Shown: piece by piece, positions 25,291 to 38,339 of the stretch
How the letters are laid out: each line of letters begins with the position of its first letter
How positions within the stretch are numbered: position 1 is the first letter of the stretch
Origin: Chiloscyllium plagiosum
Taxonomy: Eukaryota
Direction: 5' to 3'
Assembly (NCBI RefSeq): GCF_004010195.1
Contig: NC_057720.1
Span: 5,119,550-5,183,549, forward strand
Length of the DNA: 64,000 nt
Program-made: the position numbers and the translations under genes
The notes under the pieces: generated by a model
What the model saw: only the letters and a program-made list of their open reading frames with translations
Database searches by the model: none
Told to the model about the DNA's origin: nothing

Positions 25291-25731
25291 CTGGGCAGAT
25301 AAGCTACAAGCAGCAGCAGTCAGCTCACACAGCAACAGTGCTAATGAACAGAGGAAGAGCCTCAGTGAAAAAAAGTCTAACTATTACAAATGCCAGTGGT
25401 ACAGTTGTGAACAGCAAACAACCAACAAAAAAGACAAATTAAACTACAGCTTCAAAAGTCCTAGCATTATTTAAATTTAATGTAAAATTAGCCATGGAGA
25501 ACAAAACTCAATTTTACTTCTTTCATTTGTGGAATGTGGGCAACGATGTCACAATGGGATGTTTTTGAGCCACTTCACAGGACAGTTAAGAATCAATCCT
25601 GTTCATGTGGGACAAGAATTTCACATAGCTGCCCTTACCCACTCAAGCTTAAATTCTCTTCCAATTTGACACGCAATTCTAGGGAGAGAAAGAGACCCAA
25701 TAATTAAATGTTAAGTTTTAACAATTTGAAG

Positions 25732-25983
25732 CAGTGCTTTCCAAACTTTTCACCAATCTGACTCTACTTTGAAACCTCAGAATTGGGCGACCTTTTTCAC
25801 GGTGGGCTTCAGAATTGGAAGGTCTGCCCGTTAGGCCACGGCCTTCATATGAATGAGTTAAAGGTGACTGACAGCAGTCATCCTTCTTTCTGAACTCAAT
25901 ATCAGCATTTGTTGCCTGGGAGATTGCAACCTGGCTACAGAGGTTGGGGGGGGGTGTTGCGACCCACAGTCTGGGAGGTTCTG
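25732..25983. mobile_element. hAT-like non-autonomous DNA transposon (MITE)
   Basis: Imperfect TIRs cagtgctttccaaact / agtctgggaggttctg; 8-bp flanks atttgaag and atttaaag (7/8 identical). Confidence 0.65.
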
Positions 25984-26129
25984 ATTTAAAGCCTTGCATA
26001 TGATCTGTCACTCAAGATCACGTGATCTGTTCATGGCTCAAATTCCACATTCCCATCTCTACCAAATAATCTTTATTCTCCTGATCAATAAAAATCAATC
26101 CACCTCGGTCTAAACAATGATAGTAGATT

Positions 26130-27110
26130 CCAATGGGTTTGTTCTTGCAGCAGTGTCCAGTACCGGAGGACATAATCGCAGAATAAGGGCTCACGCATTT
26201 AAGGCAGATGATGGGGTATTCTGCTGAGGGGGCAGTGAACCGGTGGAATTCTTTACTGCAGAGGGCTGTTGAGGCTGGGTCAGTTCAGTATATTCAAGGC
26301 TGAGACATACAGATTTTAAATCAGAGAGTTGATCGTGGGTTATGAGAAAAAGGCAGGAAAGTGGAATTGAGGGTTATCAGATTAGCCATGATCTCATTGA
26401 ATGGCGAAGCAGTCTCGATGGGTGAAATGGGCGAAAGTGAGGACTGCAGATGCTGGAGATTAGAGTGCTGCTGGAAAAGCACAGCAGGTCAGGAAGCATC
26501 TGAGGAGCAGGAATATCAACGTCTGGGGCAAAAGCCCTTCATCAAGACTCAATGGATGGAATAGCCTACTTCTGCTTCTATGTCTTCTGAATGCTCCCTC
26601 CACGACATTTGGAGACAAAGTTCTACAGCTTCACAACCCTTGGAAAAAATTTACTCTCAGCTCTGACGTAAAAGGGTGACACCTAATTTTAGAATAGCAC
26701 GTCCTTTGCCCCAGGCCTACCTCCAACAGGAAAGATCCTTTCCACATCTACTTTGTCAAGACCATTCAGAATCCTATCCCCTTCTAAAAAGACACTCCTG
26801 ACTCTTCCAGACTCCAATGGAAAGAAGCCCGGTCAGTGCGATCTAACCTCAAGGCAATGCCCTCATTGCAGGTATCAATATAGCAAAGCTCCTTTGAACT
26901 GCCTCCAACGTATTCAAATCCTTCCTTAAATAAGGAGATCAAAACTGCACACAGTATTCAAAATGTGGTCTCCGTAATGCTCCTTATAACTGAAGGAAAA
27001 CATGCTTACGTTTATTTCCAATTCCTCTAGAATCACGGACAGCATCTCATTAGGCTTCTTGACTACTTTAGTACTTGCAATAATAACTTGAGTGTCATGG
27101 ACTAGGATAC
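26130..27110. mobile_element. CR1 3' end (+, 26130-26590) and decayed CR1 (-, 26600-27110); a family A remnant sits at about 26432-26545
   Basis: gtggaattctttactgcagagggctgttgaggc...gatctcattgaatggcg; aaactgcacacagtattc; degenerate hammerhead sequence at about 26516-26545. Confidence 0.75.
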
Positions 27111-27123
27111 CTAGTTATAACAT

Positions 27124-27290
27124 GGGGGTTTAGATTAGAGTGGTGCTGGAAAAGCAGCATCTGAGGAGCAGTAAAATCAATGTTTTGGGCAAAAGCCCTT
27201 CATCAGGAATACAGGCAGAGAGCCTGAAGGGTGGAGAGATAAATGAGGGGAGAGTGGGGGTGGGGAGAAAGTAGCATAAATGGTTATAAC
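27124..27290 (-). mobile_element. Mini PLE-derived insertion (family A) with mutated hammerhead core
   Basis: 17-bp TSD atacctagttataacat (27107-27123, 27291-27307); minus strand CTGATGAAGGGCTTTTGCCCAAAACATT (GAAA box mutated). Confidence 0.85.
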
Positions 27291-27444
27291 ATACCTAGTT
27301 ATAACATAAATGACCCATACATAAATCCTGCATTTAATCTTTTAAAAAGTGCTCCTAAAGTCATTTCTAGATCTAATTTGTGAATTAACTGATCCAAATA
27401 GATACCACTACAGGAATTGGTAGCATATGTTTCATTCATTTTTT

Positions 27445-27790
27445 TTTAACTTCATTCAAGGGATGAGTGTATTGCTGGTAAGGCAGCATTTAATGCCCAT
27501 CCCTAATTGTCCAGAGCAGTTGACAGTCAACCACATTGCTGTGGGTCTGGAATCACATGTAGGCCAGACCAAATAAGGATGGCAGATTTCATTCCCTAGA
27601 AGGACATTAGTGAACGAGATGAGGTTTTCCGACAATTGACAATGGACTTATAGCAGTCATTAGATTTTCAATTCCAGATTTTTATTGAATTCAAATTCCA
27701 CCATCTACCATGGAACGATTTGAACCCAGGATCCCAGAACATTATCTGGGTCTCTGAATTAACAATCCAGCGATAATACCACTAGGCTGA
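27445..27790 (-). mobile_element. Second tRNA-like SINE family
   Basis: Minus head cctagtggtattatcgctgg...ctgggttcaaatc; 3' tail agggatgggcattaaatgctg resembles the LINE tail near 62907-62960; fragments also at about 25520-25630 and 42680-42763. Confidence 0.7.
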
Positions 27791-28277
27791 AGGGCATTAC
27801 AGGATTCACAAGGTGGGAGCACCACCCATGAAGCAAACACTATCAATGGATGGAGGTGTGCTAACTAACAAGAAAAAAAATCCACTCTCTTAAGGCACAC
27901 CAAATTCTCAAAGACACCTTGTTAATACAAGAAAGTCCAGCATGAGGAAATCCTGTGCCCTCTCGTTGTCACTTTCACTGCATTATCCACAAACAGTGCT
28001 ACAACCACTTCTTACTTTAAAAAATATAAATAGCAAATCAAAGCTGATGTAAAACAGTGCTCATCAGACATCTACACAATGCTGATCAAAACTGATCTAT
28101 TATAGAAATAAAATACCATGCTCCCCAGAAAAGAATGTAGTCATAGCAAGTAAAAACATTCTAATTTTAGACGTTTTCCCATGAACACAGTCTTCCAAAG
28201 GCTGGAGCACTACAAACATAGTAGCTGATTGTCCAAGCTTTAATAACATAAGCCAGTCAGTAATGTGATCTTCAGCG

Positions 28278-30597
28278 TTTATTAAAACCTTTAAGTCCAT
28301 AAACGACAACAAAGTTACTGTAGAATTTATCGCATACAGCTAGCATACAACAGCATGTCCTCAGTCTAAATGAAATACAAAAAGATTTTAACATTTTCAT
28401 ACAAAGGAACTTTTAAATTTATTAATGTGACCTTACATTTCTTTAGTTACATAAAATCTGCTACAGCAAAGTATCTTATACTTCCCTTGCACATACAGGT
28501 AAATATGGGTGGATGAAAAAAACTGCTGTCAATGTCAGCCTCATAATGGACACTGGTGTGCAAATGTTTTGACAGCCAAGACGACAAACAGAATGTTTGA
28601 TATTACAGCTCATACTGGTAATGCAAATGTCTAAAGGCCTTACTTCCATGAGTTCCCTTCAGGTTAAGAGGACATTGTGTCAATGTTTCCTTAGTGCTAA
28701 CTCAAGCAAATACTCTGGTTCTAAGCCAAATCAAGTTGGTTTATTAAAATTCATTGCTTTCCTTTCCTGTATTTATCTGAACCAATCTGAATTCAGCCTG
28801 CTTCAGTACATAAGAAACCGTTTCAATTTAAACTGTTAGAGAGGTTTATTTCATATACATACATAAATATATAAATATATATAGATATATATATATGTGC
28901 GAGAGAAAGGAATCAGAATTGTGTGCTGTAAGTGTACAAATAAAACTAATCTGATTAAAATGAATTGGTTAAAAAAATGTTAGCGTGTACAGATCCACTG
29001 AATCCATAACCCATGATTTAACAACACTGAAATACATGAGGAAAAGTGCTTCAACGAGGATGTGAAAGCACTAGCCCTTTCCTGTAGCAACAGATTATGT
29101 CATTATATGACAATGCATCTACCTAGTAGCTGAGCCTAACACCTGCAAACTCTTAAGTTCTGTTCCCAGGGAGACAAACAAATATATATAAAAAATGGTA
29201 AAGATAGTGGAAACATGGCAGTTGTTACCTGTGTTAAGTATTTTGCAATGCATGTACCAAAGCACTAAAAATTATTAGTCTGAAAAGCTAATTATGGAGT
29301 GATTAATCTTTTAGCATTTGCCCAGATATCATTTCAGCATCACAACACTGTGCCTCAGAATCAAACACAATCCTGGCAGTGACCTTCTTTACTTATGCAG
29401 CATCTTAAAACAAAAATGGAGGACTGCAGCCCCACTGCATGCTCATATATAGTGCATTTGCTCACTATACTGTATACAGCTAACGACTGAATCCGTGCAT
29501 AAAACCATTTACCTTGCCCTTTTAGAGTTTCTGATGTCAAATCATTACGATTAAAATAATTTCACGTCTCTAATCCCTGATAGAATCTGATGCCGCTATT
29601 TTTCTTCCTTTCAAAGCATACCACCTGTAACAGGAATCCTTCCTCCTTCCACTGTCCATCATCTAATAAGAACACGCAATGAAATTCGAGTTGTGTAGGA
29701 TGGTTACCCCAACAACTGACTACGCTTTGACATGCTGGCGCAACACAGTTACGAATGATAGGGAGACAAAGCTAGTCTGAAGATTACCTGCTGGTAGCTT
29801 TACTCAGATGGTGTTCAGCAGACTGCAGCATCCGGTGAGTGTCAGGCCTGGATCCTGCCCAGATGAATACAAAAGAAATTGGGAAGGGCAGCTGAATTTG
29901 ATAGTACAGGAGTATTCAAGGCACAGGCTCTGCATACCCTGCTCCAATCGTCCAATCAATTCTACCTTATTTTGGTCATGTCCGGGAGAACTTGCTTTTG
30001 TTCAGTCTATTTATAAATACACAGAGAACAAGTACTACTTCCAAAAAAAAAAATGCCAAAAATGCTGTCTAGGTTCTAGGAGTCTGCTTCTTAATTTCTA
30101 CAAGGTAAGGTGTTCTAACAACTGTGACCTCTCAGACATGACAGACAGGAATTGTGGCTGCGAACACTAGAAGCAACGTTCAGCTTTCACTTTGGGCTAA
30201 GTCACACCAAGTGCAAAAAAATCCTGAAACACTTGCTCTAACTTTACACTTAAACAAAATGTTTCACTCTCTGCAAATTGCCGTTTTCAAAGGGGGGGGA
30301 AAAAACAAACTACATGACACAAAGGCAACTGCTGGAGAACAAAGGAAGGAAGGAAGGAAGGAAACAATAAGAAAGTGGTCTAGTTTTTGTGTCGTAGCAC
30401 AGGTAGTGCTTTGCGTAAATGTGCCTGTGTATGAGGGCTGTGCTAACTGCACACATGAATTATGGCAAGAAGGACCTCAGCCTTGTGGAATGAAGAAACT
30501 AAGTAATTGTTTCGACGAATAAGATGGTTTCCGCTCCACCCCATCTGTTAGCAGAGTGCAAAGATCCCAAATACAAGCCCTGACGGTCTCTTTCTCT
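28278..30597 (-). other. PRKACB: Putative PRKACB 3'UTR with several AATAAA signals
   Basis: Interval after the stop codon with no interspersed repeat that I could recognise; minus-strand AATAAA (plus tttatt) at 28845-28850, 28740-28745, 28418-28423 and 28278-28283. True 3' end unknown. Confidence 0.65.
28853..28896. repeat. Imperfect (TA)n microsatellite in the putative 3'UTR
   Basis: atatacatacataaatatataaatatatatagatatatatatat. Confidence 0.8.
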
Positions 30598-30723
30598 CTA
30601 AAAATCAGCAAATTCCTTAGCACATTTTTCGGTTAAAGAGACACGGATGTCTTCTTCTTCATAATCATCAAAATTGCTGGTGTCGCCTGGGCCTCTGCAC
30701 TTTGGTATGAATGGAGCTTCCAC
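30598..30723 (-). CDS. PRKACB: PKA catalytic subunit beta-like, last coding exon 10 (126 nt including TAG)
   Basis: Translates [41 protein letters not shown]; tttcag acceptor. The [15 protein letters not shown] tail resembles C-beta more than C-alpha (EEEIRVSINEKCGKEF). Paralog call is from memory, not a tree. Confidence 0.93.
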   Translation of the reverse strand: MEAPFIPKCRGPGDTSNFDDYEEEDIRVSLTEKCAKEFADF

Positions 30724-32872
30724 CTGAAACAATATCAAAGTGTAAGAGGATGAGATAGACAAAGGTCACTGGAATGATAGCTCTGGAACAACAGTTCTAC
30801 TGAGGCACACGTAAACCCACTGCAGTCACCAGACAAATTGTCTCCATCTACCAAACTGAAAAGCAAACACTAAAACAAAGCCACTCACCAACTGCATTGT
30901 TTACAGCCACAAATGGAAAGAACAAAGATAACATTTGTTAACAAAATTTTAAAATGTGCATGGTAGTATGCAAATGAACAATTCAGTTTGCCGGTGCTGG
31001 ACTTGAGGATAAAACCTCAGTGAGAGGCAGTTGCAGCTCTTTCCATCTAACTCCTCAATTTCAGCATCCACCATGTGGTTTATTAATGTGAAGAAAGATT
31101 TCAGATTCCTGCGTCAGCTTCACTGTTGTGCCTTTGACTGTCTTTACCAGAATTAAAAATAATCTGTGAATTGGGACAATGTAAACCCATTACATGCAAG
31201 CAGCCAAGAGGAACAAGTCGTAGAAATTGGAAGGAGAGGGAATCAAATGTGTTGCAGAGGTGGTCAGGCATTTCAGACCTTTGGTTGCAATTCAGATAAT
31301 GTGAAAAATACCCAGAAGCTTTTTCTATTTCATTGAAAATCTCTTCTTGCTCTAATTTCTGCAGTGTTCTACTGAGACCAAACACAAGTTGGAGGGACTG
31401 CATCGCTTTTTCTGAGGTATTTGACAACCTTCTTGTCTCAACATGGAGTTTGACACTTTCAGACCATGAAGTCAGCGCTACATTTTGATACAGGTTTGCC
31501 CTGTGTCTCTCATTTTCATGTTTTTGCTTTCAGTCAGAGTTTATCTTTATTCTGCTACTAACACTTATTCTGATTCTTTTTCTTTCTTTCTTCTCATCTC
31601 TCATGACCTTTTGTTCTGTAATAACTCTGATCAACTCTGATCTGTAATCTCCCTTGCTTCTACTTTTTTTGTTCTATTCTTGTTCCTCCCTACCTCCCCT
31701 TTTCAATTGGATAAACCACATCCGTTTCTATGTTTCCCTTCAGAGTCATACCGGACTCAAAATGTTAACTGTTTCTCTCTCTGTAGATACTGCCAGATCT
31801 GTGTTTCCCTAGCACTTTTTTTATTTCCGATGTCCCAAAACCAGCAAAATTTTGCCTTTGCTTATTTCTTTAAAATTAGATTTGAAGAATCCTGAACTGA
31901 CAAAATAGCCCCCAGTATGTACCATCAAATCTGCTTTCTATGGTTCACATGATTTGTGGACCTGGATAAAACTGGAACTGCAAAATCACCTCACTGAATG
32001 CCAGATCATGGGCTCCAAATGAAAAACAAAAGGGTTGTCAATTTTGGGAAATTAGTTTGAGTATTCCTTGTGGAATGGAATCAAAAAGAATCTGCAATAT
32101 GTCAGACTTTCCCAGTGACAAACTTATGACTTCTTCCAATTCCTGAGATTGCTTGCCCGACTGCCTGGAGTCTGAAGCGAAATGGGCTCCCACTCACCTA
32201 GCTACCTTAAGCAGTAAAGAAAATACATGGTGCACAGTCAGATCAGACTCCTTTTATGATCTACTTATACTTTTGAAAAAAGTGGTTTTGTGCAAAATAT
32301 GCATGGTATGGGCTTGTGGGAAGGGAAGGGGTGGTCACTGTAAGTAAGTTAAACCAAAGTGTAAGAGGATGAAGTAAGACTGATAAATAAACTGCATTTT
32401 CTTCAATATAAGAGGCCTGACAGAAGGGTAGATGAACATGGGACTGGGATATCAGCTCTATTACAGAAATGTGGTTCAGGGAGGGGCAGGACTGGCACCT
32501 TAATAACCCAGGGTACAGATACTATAAGAAGGAATAGAAAGGGGAGAGGGGGCAAGGGAGGAAGGGGAGTGGCGTTTTTGGTTAAGCACAACATTACAGT
32601 TGTATTTAGGAAGAATATTCCTGGGAGAATGCCCAGTGAAGTCATATGGGTGGAACTGAGAAATAAGAAAGGGATGACCTTACTTTCAGTCCCCCAATAG
32701 TCAGCCGGAAATTGAGGAGTAAACATGTCAGGAGATCTCAGATAAGTTTGTAATGGTAAGGATTTTAACTTCCCAAACATAGATTGGGACTGCAATAGTG
32801 TTAATGGAGAGGAATTTATTAAGTATGTAATTTTAAGAATTAAGAATTTTCTTATTCAATATGGACGTATCT

Positions 32873-32940
32873 CTGGATGTAAGTTTGCTCACCGAGCTCA
32901 GTGAGCAAATTTGCATCCAGACCCTCAGCCTGAACTACAA
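32873..32940. mobile_element. 68-bp palindromic PLE-tail insertion (family C)
   Basis: ctggatgtaagtttgctcaccg-agct-cagtgagcaaatttgcatccag; flanks atggacgtatct / atggatgtacct; sequence matches the tails at 41960-42010 and 55610-55660. Confidence 0.7.
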
Positions 32941-33534
32941 ATGGATGTACCTACTAGAGAAGGAGCAAAACTTGATCTTCTCTTGGGAAATAAGACAGGG
33001 CAGGTGACTAAGATGTCAATGGGGGAGCACTTTGGGACAAGTGATCATAATTCTATTAGTTCTAAAATAGTTATGGAAAGGAATAGACCTGATCTAAAAG
33101 CTGAAGTTGTAAATTGACGATATTAAGCAGGAAACTTCAAAAGTTGATTGGGGGAGGCGTGCACAGGTAAAGGGATGGTTGAAAAGTGGCAGGCCTTCAA
33201 GAATGAGATTATGAGACAGTATGTTCCTGTTAGTGCAAAGGGCAGGATTGGCAGGTGTAGGGAATGCTGGATGACTACTTAAATTAAGGCTCTGGTTAAG
33301 AAAAATGAAGCGGCACATGTCAGATATAGACAGCTGTGACTAAGTGAATCCCAAGAAGAGTATAAGGGCAGTAGGAGTACATTTCAGAGTGAAATCAGGA
33401 GGGCAAAAAGGGGACAGGAGATACCTTTAGCAAACAGGGTTAAGGAGAACCTGAAGAAATTCTACAAATATATGAAGAGAATAGGCCACTTAAAGACCAT
33501 GAGGCTGTCTATGTGTGGAACAGCAGGAGATTGA

Positions 33535-33866
33535 GGGGTGGCATGGTGACTCAGTGGTTAGCACTGCTGCCTCAGCGCCAGGGACCCAGGTTTGATTCCA
33601 GCCTTGGGCGACTGTGTGGAGTTTGCACATTCTCCCAGTGTCTGCATGGGTTTCTTCCAGGTGCTCCAGTTTCCTCTCACTATCTAAAGATGTGCAGATC
33701 AGGTGCATTGGCCATGCTAAATTGCCTGTAGTGTTATGTGCATTAGTCAGGGGTAAATATAGGATAGGGGAATGATTCTGGGTGGGTTACTCTTCGGAGG
33801 GTTGTGTGGACTTGTTGGGCTGAAGGACCTGTTTCCATACTGTAGGGAATCTAATCTAATCTAATC
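33535..33866 (+). mobile_element. HE1-like SINE
   Basis: ggggtggcatggtgactcagtggttagc...gggaatctaatctaatctaatc. Confidence 0.92.
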
Positions 33867-34539
33867 ATTGGTGAGATACTAAACAAATATTTTGCTTCAG
33901 TATTTATTGTGGAGCAGGACATGGAAGTTAGGGAACTTGAGAAGATAAATAGTGATGTCTTGAAAAGTGTCCATATTACAGAAGAGGTGGTGCTGTAGGT
34001 CTTAAAATGCATAAAATAGATAAAGCCTGGGACCTGATCGAGTATATCCCAGAAAGTTGCGGGGAGCTAGGGAAGAGATTGCTGGGCCCTTGCTAAGATA
34101 TTTGTATCAGTGATAGTCACAACTGCTGGAAGACTGTAAGGTGACTCATGTTGTACCATTATTTAAGAAATGCTGTAAAGAAAAACCAGGGAACTACAGA
34201 CCGGTGAGCCTGACGATAGTGGTAAGTAGTTGGAGAGAATTCCAAGGAACAGGATTTACATGCATTTTGAAAGGCAAGGACTGATTAGGGATAGTCAACA
34301 TGGCTTTGTGTGGGGGAGAAGGTGTCTCACTAACTTGGCAACCGAGAAGATTGATGCAGACAGAATGGTAGATGTTGTCCAAATGGAGTTCAGCGTGGCA
34401 TCCAATAAGATTCTGCATGGTACACTACTTAGCAAGGTTAGATCACATGCAATCTAGGACAACTAGCCAATAGGACTGGCTTGAAGGTAGGAGACAGAGG
34501 ATGGTGGTAGAGGACTGTTTTTAGACTGGAGATCGGTCA

Positions 34540-37500
34540 TCGTGAATGATTATGATGTGGTAGGCATCACCGAGACGTGGTTGCAGGGGGTTCAGGACTG
34601 GCAGTTAAACACCCAAGGATTTACAACCTATTGCAAAGACAGGGAGGTAGGCAGAAGGGGCGGGGTTGCCTTGTTAGTTAAGAATGAAATTAAATCTATG
34701 GCACTGAATGACATAGGGTCTGAGGATGTGTGGATGGAGTTGAGGAACCACGAAGGCAAAAAAAACCATAATGGGAGTTATGTACAGACCTGACAACAGT
34801 CAGGACCAGGGGTGCAAAATGTATTGGGAAATAGATAGGGCATGTCAGAAAGGCAAGGTCACAGTGATCATGAGGGACTTCAATATGCAGGCGGACTGGG
34901 TGAATAACGTTGCCGTGAATTCAAAGAAAGGGAATTGATGAAATGCTTACAGGATGGCTTTTTGGAACAGTTTCTGATGGAGCCCAAAAGGGACCAGGCT
35001 ATTCTGAACTTAGTGCTATGTAATGAGCCAAACATTATGCAAGATCTTAAAGTAAGGAGCACTTAGGGGGCAGCGGTCATGATATAGTTGAGTTCAGTCT
35101 GCAGTTTGAAAGAGAGAAGGAAAATTGGATGTAACGGTTTACAGTTAAATAAAGGTAATTACAGGGACACGAGAGAGGAACTGACTAAAATTAACTGGAA
35201 GCAGAGCCTAGCGGGGAAGACAGGGCAGCAATGGCAAGAGTTTCATGGCTGACAAAAGTAGTAAGGAAATGTATCAAATAAAAAGAGAGAGGCTATAAAG
35301 TGGCCAAGAGCACTGGGAAACCAGAAGATTGGGAAGGCTACAAAAACAAACAGGACAACAAAGAGAGAAATAAGGAAGGAGAGGATCAAATATGAAGGTA
35401 GGTAGCCAACAATATCAGAAATGATAGCAAAATTTTCTTTCAATAAATAAGAAATAAATGAGGGGCAGAAGTAGAAATTCGGCTGGACCAAATTGATGCA
35501 GGAAGGCTGGTGATGGGAGATAAGGAAATGGCTGAAGAACTTAATAAGCACTTTATGTCAGTCTTCACATTGGAAAACATGAATAATATCTCAACAATTA
35601 TGGGGAGTCAAGAGGCACAGTTGAGTATGGTAGCCATTACAAAAGAGAAAGTGCTAGAAAAGCTAAAAGGTCTAAAAATTGATAAATCTCCTGGCCCTGA
35701 TGGGCTACATCCTCGAGTTAGAGTCATAGAGATGTACAGCATGGAAACAGATCCTTCGGTCGAACCCGTCCATGCCGACCAGATATCTCAACCCAATCTA
35801 GTCCCACCTGCCAGTACCCGGCCCCTATCCTTCCAAACCTTTCCTATTCATATACCCATCCAAATGCCTCTTAAATGTTGCAATTGTACCAGCCTCCACC
35901 ACATCCTCTGGCAGCTCATTCCATACCCATACCACCCTGCGTGTGAAAGTTGCCCCCTAGGTCTCTTATATCTTTGCCCTCCCCATCCCAGGGAAAAGGC
36001 TTTGCCTATTTACCCTATCTCTGTCCCTCATAATTTGGTAAAACTTCATAAGGTCACCCCTCAGCCTCCGACACTCCAGGGAAAACAGCCCCAGCCTGTT
36101 CAGCCTCTCCCTGTAGCTCAAATCCTCCAACCCTGGCAACAACCTTGTAAATCTTTTCTGAACCCTTTCAAGTTTCACAACATCTTTCCGATAGGAAGGA
36201 GACCAGAATTGCAAGCAATATTCCAACAGTGGATGAACCAATGTCCTGTACAGCCACAACATGACCTCCCAATTCCTGTACTCAATACTCTGACCACTAA
36301 AAGAAAGCATACCAAACACCACCTTCACTATCCTATCTACCTGCGACTCCACTTTCAAGGAGCTATGAACCTGTAAGCCAAGGTCTCTTTGTTCAGCAAC
36401 ACTCCTTAGGACCTTACCATTAAGTGTATAAGTTCTGCTAAGATTTGCTTTCCCAAATTGCAGCACCTCACATTTATCTGAATTAAACTCCATCTGCCAC
36501 TTCTCAGCCCATTGGCCCATCTGGTCAAGATCCTGTTGTAATCTGAGGTGACCCTCTTCGCTGTCCAATACACCTCCAATTTTGGTGTCATCTGTAATCT
36601 TACTAACTATACCTCTTATGCTCACATCCAAATCATTTATGTAAATGACAAAAAGTCGAGGACCCAGCACCGATCCTTGTGGCACTCCACTGGTCACAGG
36701 CCTCCAGTCTGAAAAACAACCTTCCACCACCACCCTCTGTCTTCTACCTTTGAGCCAGTTTTGTATCCAAATGGCTAGTTTTCTTGTATTCCATGAGATC
36801 TAACCTTGCTAACCAGTCTCCCATGGGGAACTTTATCAAATGTCTTACTGAAGTCCATATAGATCACATCTACCACTCTGCCCTCATCAATCCTCTTTGT
36901 TACTTCTTCAGAGGAAATAGCAGAGGCATTGATTGTGATCTTTCAAAAGTCTCTGGAGTCAGGGCAAGTCCAAGATGATTGGAAAATCGCTGTTGTAACC
37001 ATCTTGTTCAAGAAAGGATCAAGACAAAAGATGGAAAATTATAGGCCATTTAGCCTAACCTCAGTTGTTGGTAAAAGTCTAGAATCCATCGTCCAGGATG
37101 AGATTTCTAAATTCCTGGAAGAGCAGGGTCAAATTAAAACAAGTTAGCAATATCTAGATATTATCTATCTAGACTTCCAAAAGGCCTTCGATGAGGTGCC
37201 TCACAGGAGGCTATTAAGTAATGTGAGGGATCATGGTGTTGGAGGTGAGCTACTGGCATGGATTGAAGGTTGGCTGTCTGACAGAAGGCAGAGATTTGGG
37301 ATAAAAGGTTCATTTTTTGGAATGGCAGTTAGTGACAAATGGTGTCCCGCAGAGTTCAGTGTTGGGGCCGCAGCTGTTTGCGTTATACATTAATGATCTG
37401 GAAGTAGGGACTGGGGGCATTCTGGCGAAGTTTGCCAATGGTACGAAGTTAGGTGGACAGGCAGGTAGTTCTGAGGTGGGAAGGCTGCAGAAAGATTTAG

Positions 37501-38339
37501 ACAGTTTAGGAGAGTGGTCCAGGAAATGGCTGATGATATTCAACGTAACCAAACACAAGGTGTTGCACTTCAGCAAAAAAGAATACAGGCATGAACTATT
37601 TTCTAAATGGTGAGAAAATCCATAAAGCCAAAGTATAAAGGGATCCGGGAGTGTTGCCCAGGATTCTCTCAAGGTTGACTTGCAGGTTGAGTCCGTGATT
37701 AAGAAAGCGAATGTAATGTTGTTATTTAACTCAAGAGGGTTAAAATATAAAAGTAGCGATGTGCTTCTCAGACTTTATAAAACTCAGGTTAGGCCCCATT
37801 TAGAATACAGTGTCCAATTCTGGGCCCCACACCTCGAAGGACATACCGGCACCGGAGCGTGTCCAGCGGAGATTCTCACGGATGATTCCTGGAATGTTAG
37901 GCCTAACATACAATGAATGGCTGAGGATCCTGAGATTGTATTCATTAGAGTTTAGAAGGTTGAGGGGAGATCGAATAGAAACTTACAAGATAATGCAGGG
38001 TGGACGCTGGGAAGTTGTTTCTGTTAGGTGGGGAGACTAGGACTGGTAGGCACAACCTTAAAATTAGAGGGGGTCAATTTACAACGCAAATGAGGAGACA
38101 TTTCTTCAGCCAGAGTGTGATGTGCCTGTGGAATTCATTGCCACAAAGCGCAGTGGAAGCCGGGATGTTGAATGTCTTCAAGCCAGAGATTGATGAATTC
38201 TTAATCTCACAAGTAATTAAGGGCTACGGGAAGAGTGCGGGTAAGTGGAGTTGAAATGCCCAACAGCCATGATTAAATGGCGGAGTGGACTTAATGGGCC
38301 GAATGATCTTACTTCCACTCCTATATCTATGGTCTTATA
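34540..38339 (+). mobile_element. Middle nested CR1 LINE (KKGSRQKMENYRP family)
   Basis: ORFs 34542 (VGITETWL), 35510 start, 36929, 37317, 37680 and 38000, plus 3' tail. Confidence 0.9.
35720..36910 (-). mobile_element. Inner nested HER1/CR1 3' half
   Basis: ORF 35966..36733, 255 aa ([13 protein letters not shown]...TDDTK...LEYCLQFWSP); tail at 35720. Confidence 0.93.

Noticed and set aside
35510..36376. 288-aa ORF as a novel gene
   Set aside because: It is a chimera of a CR1 ORF2 piece read into the antisense strand of a nested LINE.
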